Assembly: GCA_963724295.1 (NCBI GenBank)
Contig: CAVRUC010000002.1
Coordinates: forward strand, 352,001 to 416,000
From: an uncultured Chloroflexia bacterium
GTDB lineage: Bacteria > Chloroflexota > Chloroflexia > Thermomicrobiales > UBA6265
Reading direction: 5' to 3'
DNA: 64,000 nucleotides
Positions within the stretch are counted from its first letter, which is position 1. Each line of letters starts with the position of its first letter. Shown piece after piece: positions 33,119 through 43,611 of the stretch. Position numbers and translations under genes: made by a program. Under the pieces are notes generated by a model, which was not told the DNA's origin, ran no database searches, and was given only the letters and a program-made list of their open reading frames with translations.

Positions 33119-33133
33119 ATGACGTGGGATTAG
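33119..33133 (+). CDS. Mini-ORF MTWD* copy 2
   Basis: AGAGGAAGGT-5 nt-ATG ACG TGG GAT TAG. Confidence 0.6.
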   Translation: MTWD

Positions 33134-33221
33134 AGCAACAGACGCCCGTGTGGCTGTACGGAAAGGTCTCCGGGGCCGCAGGAATCAACAAGTCAGCTTC
33201 AGCAAGAGACGGAGGTCGGTC

Positions 33222-33236
33222 ATGACGTGGGATTAG
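33222..33236 (+). CDS. Mini-ORF MTWD* copy 3
   Basis: GGAGGT-5 nt-ATG ACG TGG GAT TAG. Confidence 0.6.
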   Translation: MTWD

Positions 33237-33326
33237 GGCAACGAGAGACGCCCGTGTGGCCTTCCGAAAGGGCACCGAGACAGCAGGAATCAACAAGTCA
33301 GCTTCAGCAAGACATGGAGGTAGGAC

Positions 33327-33380
33327 ATGACGTGGGACGACATCGCCAAGACGCAGTGCGACGGCCGGACCTGGAAGTAG
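33327..33380 (+). CDS. Mini-ORF copy 4, MTWDDIAKTQCDGRTWK* (MTWD* if a T of TGA was lost)
   Basis: GGAGGT-5 nt-ATG ACG TGG GAC GAC ATC...TGG AAG TAG. Confidence 0.5.
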   Translation: MTWDDIAKTQCDGRTWK

Positions 33381-33414
33381 GTCAGCACGCTTCAACAAGA
33401 CATGGAGGTAGGAC

Positions 33415-33429
33415 ATGACGTGGGACTAA
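33415..33429 (+). CDS. Mini-ORF MTWD* copy 5
   Basis: GGAGGT-5 nt-ATG ACG TGG GAC TAA. Confidence 0.6.
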   Translation: MTWD

Positions 33430-34176
33430 TGCGCTGCGGCACGGGGGTTGAGGTGCGTCCGCGATCTAGACTGACACTGCTTCGAGTGTTCCATCCTGAC
33501 CGGAGCTGGGGGTCAGACTGGCAAATCTCCCGATGGTACGTCCGCGGCACCTCAAGAACTCGGGTTCACAGCGGTGTTCGTGCCAAGCTACCAGCACCCT
33601 TGACCATCTTTGTTGTTAGGCCGCCAGGTGCGCGGCAATTTCTAGCCTCATCGATCGTCGCAGCGAGACAGTAGCTTTCCTGGACCACGTTGGGGTGGGC
33701 CTAAGCGGGCCCGTGAGCGGTAAGCATTGGTTGCATTCCTAATAGGACCATTTCAAAGCGAGACATCCTGAGAGCTGTATCCAATACACTGGCACCTTCG
33801 CGATACCGATGTTCGCCGGGAATCAATGGTTAAGTTTCACACCAAGGCGGTGCGCCCGCGATCTCTTGAATAGGCGCAAGCCGTGACGAAAACGCGCTGG
33901 TCCAAACGGACCGGAAGCAGGGCATTCAGGTCTGCTTCTGGGTCTTGACTCGATCGGCCCGACACCGGATTAGTCGGACGGAGCACGAGTTCACAAAGTG
34001 ATGTGTGACCGCAACCTTGAACTTGAGCCCTCACCACATCCGGGCGCGCAGCGCCTTACGGTTGGACCGCGAGGTTTTCGCCCTGGTGTCAATGTAGAGG
34101 TAGACTGTACCGGAGAACGATAGGAATCTCATCAACATGCCATGATTGACTTGTCAGATCAGCGAGGTCGCAGACC

Positions 34177-35562
34177 GTGAGCGATATGCCGCTCAAGACT
34201 CGCGTCTACACCCTTCTCCTAGTCGTGATTACAGTGGCAGCTGCCGTCATCGCGTGGCGTGCCGAATATCAGACCTTCCCTACAGACCAACCGAGCTTTC
34301 TGATCATAGCGGGCATCTTGCTCGTGATGATCGTGGTCTCCGAAGTGCTCGACGTCTCGTTTCCGCAGGCGGGCGAGGCTTTCAACGTGTCAGTCTCGGC
34401 GGCTTTTTGTTTCGCAGCCGGATTGACGATTGGGCCTGTTTTTGGCGGGATTGTTGCCGCCCTTGGCCACACCATCGACGGGGGGATTGCCAGGCGCCCA
34501 GCGATCAAGACGACCGTGAATGCCGCTGGTTTTGCGCTCTCAACGATTGCTAGCGCAACACTTTATTTCGCGCTGGCCGATCCGGCAGAGACGCAAATCG
34601 GCAGCTATCAGAATCTCTTGGCCGTGGTTCTTTCTGGAGCCCTCTTCGCGCTGATCAATGCCGGTTCATTGGCGATCATCGTGGCGCCGGTGGTAGGTAT
34701 CAGTCCTTTCGAAATGTTTCTTACTAACTCTGGTGGCCTCCATGTCGAGCTCCTGACTCTCGTGACACTCGGTGGCGTGATCCCGGTGCTCGTTAGCCAG
34801 AATCCGCTATCGATCATCTTACTCATATTACCCCTGTTGCTCGGCCCGCATACGGCCTTCAGGGGTATCCAACGGGCGCACCACGAGGCCCGGGTCGCCA
34901 TGCAGGGGTTGGCCGACGCGCTGGAACGGCGTGACCCGTACACCTACCGGCACTCAATCCGAGTTACAGAGCATGTCCGCACAATCCTTGGCGCAATGCC
35001 CCAGATTCCTCGTGCAACTACCGAGGCCATTATCGCCGCAGCTCGTGTCCACGACCTGGGCAAGGTTGGAGCCCGGGATGGTTCTCTAAAAAAGCCAGCG
35101 GAGTTGAGCGACGAGGAACGTCGGGAGATTCAGCAACATGCGGCGATCGGCGCCGAGATCGTCAGTCGTCTCGAGGCCTACAAACAGAGCGTCGACACCA
35201 TCCGGCACCATCATGAGCGGTGGGACGGTTCAGGATACCCAGATGGTCTCGAGGGTGAGCGCATTCCGCTGGGCGCTCGCATCATCGCGGTGGCCGATGC
35301 GTTCGATGCTATGACCTCGGATCGTGTCTATCGTGCCGCGCTTCCGCCAGAGGTGGCGTTTGCCGAGTTGGCGAAAGGGCGAGGGACGCAGTTCGACCCC
35401 CATATAGTGGATCTTTTTCAGGCGGCATATCAGAACCGTTCGACGAGTATGGGACAACAGGTGAGCACGGAATCGGTGCCAGGCACACCTGAGCGGGCAC
35501 CGCTCGCCTTGGGTAAACGGCTTATTCCTCGTCTCGTTGCGAAGCGTCCCCAGGCATCGTAG
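34177..35562 (+). CDS. Membrane-integral sensor HD-GYP phosphodiesterase
   Basis: About 6-7 N-terminal TM helices; RDPYTYRHS, VHDLGK, HHHERWDGSGYP, IIAVADAFDAMTSDRVYR, GTQFDP all intact. Confidence 0.93.
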   Translation: MSDMPLKTRVYTLLLVVITVAAAVIAWRAEYQTFPTDQPSFLIIAGILLVMIVVSEVLDVSFPQAGEAFNVSVSAAFCFAAGLTIGPVFGGIVAALGHTIDGGIARRPAIKTTVNAAGFALSTIASATLYFALADPAETQIGSYQNLLAVVLSGALFALINAGSLAIIVAPVVGISPFEMFLTNSGGLHVELLTLVTLGGVIPVLVSQNPLSIILLILPLLLGPHTAFRGIQRAHHEARVAMQGLADALERRDPYTYRHSIRVTEHVRTILGAMPQIPRATTEAIIAAARVHDLGKVGARDGSLKKPAELSDEERREIQQHAAIGAEIVSRLEAYKQSVDTIRHHHERWDGSGYPDGLEGERIPLGARIIAVADAFDAMTSDRVYRAALPPEVAFAELAKGRGTQFDPHIVDLFQAAYQNRSTSMGQQVSTESVPGTPERAPLALGKRLIPRLVAKRPQAS

Positions 35563-36913
35563 ACGCCTCCGCCTTTCTCCAGCTCTGCCGCCCGGGTTCC
35601 GCGACTATCCAGATTCTTGACATGGCGGCCAGGACGAGGGCAAGAGCGAGACTGGGTGCGGCGAGGACGACGAGCGACATCCCTGGCCCCAGGATCTGCT
35701 CCAGCGCTGGTCCAGCTAGTGCCCCGATCAAAGCACCCGCGCTCAGTGCCAGGAGAAACGCGGAGTAGAATCGCGCGTACACGGGATCCGGAATCGAGTT
35801 CTGAAAGTAGGTGAGTCCCGTGACCTCGTAGAAATCGGTGGCGAAACCGGCAATCACGAGGGCAACGAGCGAAAACAACACACTACCAGCCGTGCCAAAC
35901 ACGGCTAAGGCAACCGCGCATAGTCCCATTGCGACTGCTGTTGGATAAAGTGAAGCCGCGAGCTGAGGATGCGATCCCGCGACAATACTGCCGACCACCG
36001 CTCCCGCGGCGACTGCAGCATAGAAGAGTCCAACGCCGCCTTCACCAAGTTCGAGCGTCATGGCGCGAACGACAAAGAGCGTAATGGTTGCTTGGACAAG
36101 CAGCGTGAGACTCAAGCAGACGAGCATATACATGCTGAGATCCTGACGACGCAGGAGCCAGGCGTAGCCCCTGACGCTTGGCTCTAACTTCCCGATAACC
36201 GGCGGACTGGTGTCATCCTGCACGTGCTGGACCTTCGGACTCGCACTTAAGCCGCCTCGGAGTTTGGCCACTGCAACGGCCACGCCGAAGAAGGTCAAGC
36301 CATTGAGTGCGAAAACGGCACCGGCGCCGAACGGGACGAGCACCAGGGCGCCCAGGACCGGACCAACGAGTTGGGCAGTCGTCATGCTGGCAAACATCAC
36401 GCCGTTGGCGGCGGATCGTTGCTCCTCCGGCGCCTCGGCTCTCAGCTCCACCATGAAGGCGGGATGTGCAATGCAATTAGCCACCTCGAGCAAAATGACC
36501 AGCAAGTAGACGAACCACAACGTAGGAACCACGACCAAGAGGGCGAAAGAGCTAGCGATAACCGCCATAACCAGTTGACTCGTGAAGAGCAACTTCCGGC
36601 CAGCATGACGGTCGACAAATGTCCCCGCAGGGCCTTGGAAGATCAATCGCATCAGCATGCGGACAGCGAACATGCCGCCCACGCCTAGTGCTCCGTCGCC
36701 GAAGCCATAGGCTAGAGAAATGATCGCGACAGTATTGAACCAGTCGCCGATCTCTGAGATGACTCCGGCGCCCAGGAGTATTGCGATATTCCGTTCGACG
36801 AGGACAGCGCGATATTGATTGAGAATTCGCTGTAGCACTACGCCCGCTTGGTTCAGACGCTCCCTCGCCACGAATTCCGAGCCCCTTCTCCGGGCCTGCG
36901 TTAGGAAGCCCAA
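35522..36913 (-). CDS. MFS transporter (DHA3/EntS-like exporter type; start uncertain)
   Basis: ISEIGDWFNTVAI, AGTFVDRHAGRK motif A, EQRSAANG, LVGPVLGALV; about 12 TM segments; convergent overlap with HD-GYP. Confidence 0.88.
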   Translation of the reverse strand: MGFLTQARRRGSEFVARERLNQAGVVLQRILNQYRAVLVERNIAILLGAGVISEIGDWFNTVAIISLAYGFGDGALGVGGMFAVRMLMRLIFQGPAGTFVDRHAGRKLLFTSQLVMAVIASSFALLVVVPTLWFVYLLVILLEVANCIAHPAFMVELRAEAPEEQRSAANGVMFASMTTAQLVGPVLGALVLVPFGAGAVFALNGLTFFGVAVAVAKLRGGLSASPKVQHVQDDTSPPVIGKLEPSVRGYAWLLRRQDLSMYMLVCLSLTLLVQATITLFVVRAMTLELGEGGVGLFYAAVAAGAVVGSIVAGSHPQLAASLYPTAVAMGLCAVALAVFGTAGSVLFSLVALVIAGFATDFYEVTGLTYFQNSIPDPVYARFYSAFLLALSAGALIGALAGPALEQILGPGMSLVVLAAPSLALALVLAAMSRIWIVAEPGRQSWRKAEASTMPGDASQRDEE

Positions 36914-37060
36914 CGTGTGCCGTTGCTCAGATCACATGGTAGGATCTTCATTGGATCTTCACCGACTATACCAGTGGGCACCGAGCGAGCGGCAGTGTGG
37001 TCGAATTCCAGTCCTCGCCCATCTATGCACGAGGAGCGTTGCAGCGATAATGAGACATCC

Positions 37061-39429
37061 ATGCTCGGCAAGCGGCAACGGCGGTCCGGGCGCCAGCGCT
37101 TGAGCTTCCAGACGGTTTCAATCGACGACCATTTTGGCGCGCTCTTCCGCGGGTCGCGAGACGCCGTCCTCGTCGCCGATCCGACAGGACGGTGTATCGA
37201 AGCAAATCTTGCGGCGGAGTCACTGCTTGGTTTTGCGCGTGACGAGCTCCTCCGGCTCGACCTCTCAGACATCGCCGTCGGTCTCGAGGCATTTGAGGAT
37301 GGGACGCAGAGCACACCGTTCTTCCCTGGGGAGCGGTGGCGTGGCGAGATGCAGGTGCGGCACAAGGACGGATTCCTGTGCCGCGTCGAAGCATGGTCGG
37401 TAGAGGTGTCAGAGCCCCCTGGCGCCGCCTACGCGCTCTGCTTGAGGAGCGCTGGTGAGCGGCCCGCAACTGACGAAGCCGGGGCACGGTTGTTCGCGAT
37501 CGTGGCGTCGAGCACCGAAGCGATCATCGGCACAACCCTCGATGGGACGATCACCCACTGGAATCCCGCGGCTGAACGGCTCTATGGCTACCGCGCGGAT
37601 GAGGTGATTGGTCGCTCCGTGGCGATGCTCGCTCCGCCGGAGCTGGCGAACGACGTGTCTGGGTTGCTGGAGCGAGTCCGACGCGGAGAACGCGTCGCGT
37701 CGTATGAGACGACGCGATTGAACAAAGACGGCTGCCGGATCGAGGTCTCGATCGGGACCTCGCCGGTTCTCGACGCGGCAGGGAATGTCGTGGCCGTGTC
37801 GTCGATCGCCCGCGATGTGACCGAGCGCAATCGCGCCGAGCGGCAGTTTCGCGTGGCAAAGGAGACCGCCGAGGGCGCGAACAGCGCGCTGCGCGAGAGC
37901 GAGGAGCGATTTCGGGGCGCCTTCGACGGCGCCTCGATCGGCATGGCACTGGTCTCCCCCGAAGGACGCTTCCTGGAGGTCAACCGAGCTCTCTGCGGCA
38001 TTCTCGGCTACACCGAAGGCGAGTTGCTCGCCAGGACGTTCCAGGATCTGACCCACCCAGACGACCTCGAGGTTGACCGGGATCTGGTACGGCAGCTGCT
38101 GGCGAACGAGATCACGACCTACCAGGTCGAAAAGCGCTATATCTGCAAAGACGAGCATGTCGCCTGGGTGAGAGTGACGGTCTCCCTCGTCCACGATGCA
38201 AAGGGTGACCCGCTCTACTTCGTCTTCCAACTGCAGGACATCACACCGTACAAGGCTGCCGGGGCCGCCCTGCGGGAGGCCGAAGCGCGCTACCGGACGC
38301 TGGTCGAGCAAATCCCCGCCGTCGTCTACGTCGATCCCGCCGACGCGCTGGGCTCACCGCTCTATGTCAGCCCCCGGGTTGAGTCACTCCTTGGTTACAC
38401 CGCTGATGAGTGGCTGGCCGGTGTCAACCTCTGGATCGAGGTGCTTCACCCGGACGACCGAGAACGAATTCTGGCCGAGATCTCCCGGGCCAACGAGACC
38501 GGCCAGCCGCTCTCGCTGGAGTATCGGTGCCTGGCCCGGGACAACCGCGAGGTCTGGATCCACGATGAGGTGGCGCTGGTTCGAGACGAGCATAGCGCTC
38601 CGCAATACTGGCAAGGCTTCATGGTTGACATCACCGATCGCAAGCGGGCGGAAGAGGATCTCCGGGCGGCGAAAGAGGCGGCGGAGGAAGCAAGCCGGCT
38701 CAAGAGCGCCTTTCTGCGCATGGCGACCCACGAGCTGCGCACCCCCCTCACGATCGTTTCTGGCTACGTCGAGCTCCTCGCCAGCAGCACCGCCGCGCGC
38801 CTCACGGCGGAGGAGCGAGAGTTCATCGACATCGCGCAAGCCGGTACAAAAACCCTGTCCAGGCTGGTCGACGATCTGCTCGATCTGGCCCGCATCGAGG
38901 CTGGTCGGTTGGATCTGGCGATCCTCGCCGTCGACGTGGGGGAGGCGATCAGGCAGAGTTCACCGCATGGTCTCAGCGCAGGCGGCGGCGAAGGGCATCG
39001 ATTCAGTCGTTACGGTCGAACCAGAGCTCCCCCCGATCGCGGCCGACCCCGACCGCCTCACCCAGATCCTGCTCAACCTTGTCGGTAACGCGGTCAAATT
39101 CACGGAGCAGGGGCACGTCCAGAGTACCGTGCGCAGGGCCGGCAATGGGGTAGAGATCAGCGTGGCACGACACGGGCATCGGCATCGCGCCGGAGGCGCA
39201 GACCGCCATCTTCGATGAATTCCGGCAGGCCGATGCCAGTACGACGCGCAGGTTTGGAGGTACCGGTCTCGGCCTAACAATTGCCAAGCGCCTGGTCGAG
39301 ATGCAGGGGGGGACACTGACGGTCGAAAGCACGGTCGGTGTCGGCAGCACGTTCACGCTCTGGCTGCCTGCCGCGAGCCCTGGGCTCGTCAGGGATGAGG
39401 CTGCTCTGCCATCGGTTCTCGCGGGCTAG
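37061..39429 (+). CDS. Multi-PAS sensor histidine kinase (frameshifts near 38950 and 39167)
   Basis: Four PAS domains, [48 protein letters not shown] across three frames. Confidence 0.88.
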
Positions 39430-39517
39430 GATGCAAGCGAGCTGGGCCGGCTCACCTACCTCGAGTTGATTGCTACGCCGGCCGCCGAGCGAGCTCGACC
39501 GGAGATCGAACGCCCTC

Positions 39518-39902
39518 ATGACGCAAGGAGATCATCAGATCTGGGATCTCTGGTACCCGGACGCTGCCGCCCAGGGGCTACCCTTCGCGCGTGGACGTCT
39601 CGCGGCGACGGATATTCTCCTCGTCCATGCGGCGCCAGACACGCTCGATGTCGCCGTGCGAGGCGATCGACGGTCGGGTGCTGGCCCAAGGACGTGGGCT
39701 GGCGCGCACGGCGGAACGGCCGATAGCGCGGTTGATAGTCCATGACGGGCTAATTGCCCGCGAAGACCTCTGGCCCGCGGACGACGATATCGGCCGGCCG
39801 GTGATCCTGCCGGGCGGCGAAGTCGGAATTCTGCTCGGTTGGTGGAATGCGGCAGATGGGTCCGAGTGGCGCTGGCAGGTGGAGTTCTATAACCATCGAT
39901 AG
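39518..39902 (+). CDS. Hypothetical protein (frameshift near 39670)
   Basis: QIWDLWYPDAAAQGLPFARG joins VILPGGEVGILLGWWNA...WRWQVEFYNHR. Confidence 0.6.
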
Positions 39903-39944
39903 ATGGGACATTGCTCGGACAATCGCGAGATCGGAGACGCAGAC

Positions 39945-40604
39945 ATGAAGTCGCTCGTCAACACGCGGTTGCATCGCCGCGATTTTCAGAAGCTGGCCCT
40001 TGCCCTGGCGCTGCCGGCGCCGCTGGCGCTCGCGGCGTTAGGCGGCCGCTCGGCCGGGATTGCGCTGGCCCAGGCGACCGAGCCGGCGGGTGCGCCGCTC
40101 CTGGCGCCGACACCGGAGTGCGGCGACGACGATAATCTCATCGCCACCCTGCCGCAGACCGCCGGGCCGTTCTACACGCCCGATACGCCGGAGCGGCAGT
40201 CGCTGCTCGAACCGGGGATGCCGGGAACGCGGCTGGTCGTCAGCGGCTACGTCTATTCCACGGAGTGCCAGCCGATTCCGGGCGCGCTGCTCGATTTCTG
40301 GCAAGCCGACGATGCCGGGGCCTATGACAACCAGGGGTACCGTTTGCGCGGTCATCAGTTCGCGGATGAAGACGGCCGCTTCGAGCTGGAGACCATCGTG
40401 CCGGGGCTCTACCCGGGCCGAACTCGCCACATCCACGTCATCGCGCAGGCACCGGACCAGCCGCCTCTGATCACGCAGCTCTACTTTCCGGACGAACCGG
40501 CCAATGGCGCGGACGGAATTTACAATCCAGATCTGGTCATGGATGTCCAGGATGGAGAAGACGGCGACGTTGCGTTTTTCACCTTCGTCCTCCCGGCGGG
40601 GTGA
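39945..40604 (+). CDS. TAT-exported intradiol ring-cleavage dioxygenase-like protein
   Basis: HRRDF TAT-like motif, TAGPFY, LDFWQADDAGAY, LRGHQ, TIVPGLYPGRTRHIH, TQLYF. Confidence 0.88.
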   Translation: MKSLVNTRLHRRDFQKLALALALPAPLALAALGGRSAGIALAQATEPAGAPLLAPTPECGDDDNLIATLPQTAGPFYTPDTPERQSLLEPGMPGTRLVVSGYVYSTECQPIPGALLDFWQADDAGAYDNQGYRLRGHQFADEDGRFELETIVPGLYPGRTRHIHVIAQAPDQPPLITQLYFPDEPANGADGIYNPDLVMDVQDGEDGDVAFFTFVLPAG

Positions 40605-40730
40605 TAGGGTGATGGGTGGCGGGGTCACAGGATGTCAGGGTGGCAGGGAGAACGACTTCTCAACCCCAGCCACCCTGCCACCACGGGGGCAGTGAGTCAT
40701 CACCCCGTCACCGTGAGCGCAGCGAACACT
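40599..40730 (+). repeat. Dispersed octamer-arm repeat, copy 2
   Basis: GGGTG-rich arm, CAGGGAGAACGA core, CCACCCTGCCACCACG arm, GAGCGCAGCGA tail. Confidence 0.7.
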
Positions 40731-40750
40731 CACCCTTCGTAGGAAAGAGC

Positions 40751-42337
40751 ATGCACGAAATTCTGATCCCGTTCGCCTTGGTCGGCATGGTGCTCATGCT
40801 CTCGGGGCTCGTTTCGGGACTGGTGCGTACGGCGCCGATCTCGGTGCCGATCGTCTTCCTGGGACTCGGACTGCTACTTGGCGACGGAGGGCTGGGACTC
40901 CTGCAGATCGGCGTTCACGACGAAGCGCTGGAAGTGGTGGCGATCCTCAGCCTCGCCTTCGTCCTGTTCCTCGACGCGGTGAACTTGCGGTTCGATGAAG
41001 GAGAACGCGCCTGGCTGGTGCCGGTCCTGGCACTGGGTCCTGGCACACTCCTCACGGTTGCCATTGTCGCCGCCGGCGCGAGGCTGATTTTCGGGACATC
41101 GCTGGTCGAGTCGCTGCTGCTGGGCTCCATCCTGGCATCAATCGACCCTGTGGTGTTACGCGACGTCGTCCGTGACGAGCGTGTCCCGCGCTCGATCCGG
41201 CAGGCGCTAACGGTCGAGGCCGGAACGAACGACATCGTCGTACTGCCGCTCATCCTGATCCTCTCCACGATCGCGCTGGGGCAGACCGGCGGCGCCTCCG
41301 ATTGGGTGGCGATGCTGGCCCGGCTCTTTCTCATCGGTCCCGTGGCCGGAGCGGTTGTCGGGTTCGTCAGCGTCTGGCTGATCGAAAACCTGCGTGCCCG
41401 CGTTCCCATCAGCCGGGAATACCGCGCGCTCTACGGCGTCGGCACCGTGCTGGTGGCCTATGTCGTCGGTGAGGCAGTCGGCGGTAGCGGGTTCCTGGCC
41501 GTGTTCTTCGCCGGCGCGGTAATCGTCAAGACCGACTTTGATCTCTGCGATTGCTTCCTCGAGTACGGCGAGGTCACCGCCGAGATGGCGATGCTGCTGG
41601 CATTCGTTCTCTTCGGGGCGTTGCTGTCGTCTCTTGCCGGTTCGATCCCGCTGGTGCCCACGCTGGCGTTTGCGCTGGTCGTACTGTTCGTGGCCCGACC
41701 GCTGGCCATTGGCCTCGTTCTGCGCCGGACCGTGGTCAGCAAACGGGCCCGCACGTTCATCGGCTGGTTCGGTCCGCGGGGCTTGTCATCGCTCCTGTTC
41801 GGGTTGCTAGTGGTGTTGCAGGGTGTTCCGGGAGCGGAGCGGCTGCTGGCGATTACCGGGGTCGTCGCCATCACCTCGGTCATTCTCCATGGCGTGTCCG
41901 CGACACCGCTGATCGCCGCCTACGGGAGGGCGATGGCCAGGGAGACCCTCCCCGAGGAACGGGAGATGACCGCGACCGGACTGTTTGGGGGCGACTACGA
42001 GCAGGTGCCGCGGATCACGCCCGAGGAGCTGTCCGTGGCGCTCGCCGGTCCCAACCCACCCATCGTGCTCGACGTACGTACCCGCTCGACGACCGGGCGA
42101 GGTGATGCGGGAATCCCCGGCAGCGTGCGGGTGCCTCCGGATGAAGTGAGCGACTGGGCGACCCGACAGCCACCCGGACGACCAATCGTCGCCTACTGCA
42201 CCTGACCGGACGAAGCGACGAGCGCCCGTGCGGCGGCTCATCTTCGCTCGGTCGGTTTCGAGGCGTCGGCCCTTACCGGTGGCCTCACAGCCTGGCGCGA
42301 GCGCTATCCGGTGACGCCGGTGGAAACCGCCGCCTGA
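40751..42337 (+). CDS. Cation/proton antiporter (CPA1/NhaP-like) with C-terminal rhodanese domain, probable selenocysteine at TGA 42203-42205
   Basis: LASIDPV, EAGTND and GWFGPRGLSS antiporter motifs. Rhodanese VLDVR...IPGS...VAYCT-TGA-PDEATSARAA...GF...LTGGLTAW continues in frame. Hairpin follows the UGA. Confidence 0.8.
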
Positions 42338-42597
42338 TCGTCCCATAACCAGCAACACGAGACGGTGTCTTCGTCGCCGCGTTGTCCCCATGCCCGGTGC
42401 CGGGTCGGCACGACTCTGGCTATGGGAGCAGCGAGGCGTCCGTGGCGGAAATGGTTCCGCGCTCCTGACTCCGTCAGGCTGGAAGAGGATTGGGCGTTCC
42501 AGGGCGTCTCATTCAAAGAAACGCGCTGGACATCCGCGAACCGTCGTCCGTCGAGATGGTCAAGCAGCGACCAGTGAGAAGCAAGAAGGGAATCACT

Positions 42598-43516
42598 ATG
42601 GTCCGTCCCGCACGATTGCTGTCGGTACTCGCCGTGCTGTCGATGATGCTCTTTGCGCATCCGGCGGTAACCGCTCAGGATGCAACTCCCGCGGCCGGGG
42701 AGGTCATCGACCCCGCGGAATGCCAGGTCGAACCGCGCGCGATCGAGGAGATCCAGGAGCTCGTCGGCACGGCCGGTGAAGAGGCCGAAGCGACGCCGGA
42801 TGCCGCCCAGGCTGGTTCAATGGAGGGTGAAGACGCCGACGAGGCGACCGTCCAGGCAGTGACCCAGACCTACCGTGAGCTGGTCGCGTGTCTGAACGCG
42901 GGCGAGTTTCTGCGCGTCTACGCGCTCTACACCGACGATTACCTGCGCCGCACGCTTAATGACGCTGGCATAGATCTCGGGCAGATTCAAGCCACGCCGG
43001 CGCCAGATCAACAAGAGATGACAGCGCTCGTCGGCGTCAGCGAGGTGCGTCAGATCGCCGGCGGTCGTGTGACGGTGCGGGTCGAAACCACCTCCTCACC
43101 CGAGGGCACGTCCAGCGTCATCCAGGGCGTTCTGGAGCAAGTCGACGATCGTTATCTGATCGCGGACGAGACTGTCGTCGACGCGGCTGGCCGCCGCCAC
43201 GCCCGCTGCAGCCGGCGAAGAGCAGGCGGCGGCCGGGGGCGGGGCGGGCGAGACGATGACCGTGGAGTCGTATGACATCTACTTCGAGCCGGACGAGTTG
43301 AGCATCCCGGCCGATACCGACGTGACCGTGAGCCTGCCCAACGTGGGTGCCGCGTTGCACAACTTCAGCATCGATGAGCTGGGGATCGACGTCGACATTG
43401 CCCCGGGGGCCACCGAGGAGACGGTCATCAACGCCCCGGCTGGCACCTACGAGTACTACTGCAACGTGCCGGGTCACAAGCCGGCCGGCATGGTTGGCAC
43501 CCTGACCGTTCAATAG
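42598..43516 (+). CDS. Secreted protein with C-terminal cupredoxin domain (frameshift near 43190)
   Basis: Signal peptide, QDATPAA linker; HNF...YEYYCNVPGHKPAGM type-1 Cu ligands. Confidence 0.8.
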
Positions 43517-43611
43517 CGTTCGCGGCAGGGGCGTCTGCCCAGCTTGTGAGCAGACGTCCCCGCCAACACGTGCTCCAGCAGTAGCCCGCCCCACCGGGGA
43601 GGCCTCCGCGA

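Larger units (their letters stand above)
33017..33429 (+). repeat. Tandem array of five RBS + ATGACGTGGGAY units (spacing 88-105 bp)
   Basis: ATG at 33030, 33119, 33222, 33327 and 33415; inter-unit segments partly homologous to each other. Confidence 0.93.

Noticed and set aside
33017..33429. CRISPR array interpretation of the repeats
   Set aside because: The conserved core is only about 12-15 nt, the intervening segments are about 70-90 nt and homologous to each other, there is no palindrome, and no cas genes are in the window.
33556..33567. GAAC-TCGG-GTTC, a LexA-like box after the MTWD array
   Set aside because: GC-rich spacer, no associated promoter, and an 8-bp pattern can occur by chance in 64 kb.
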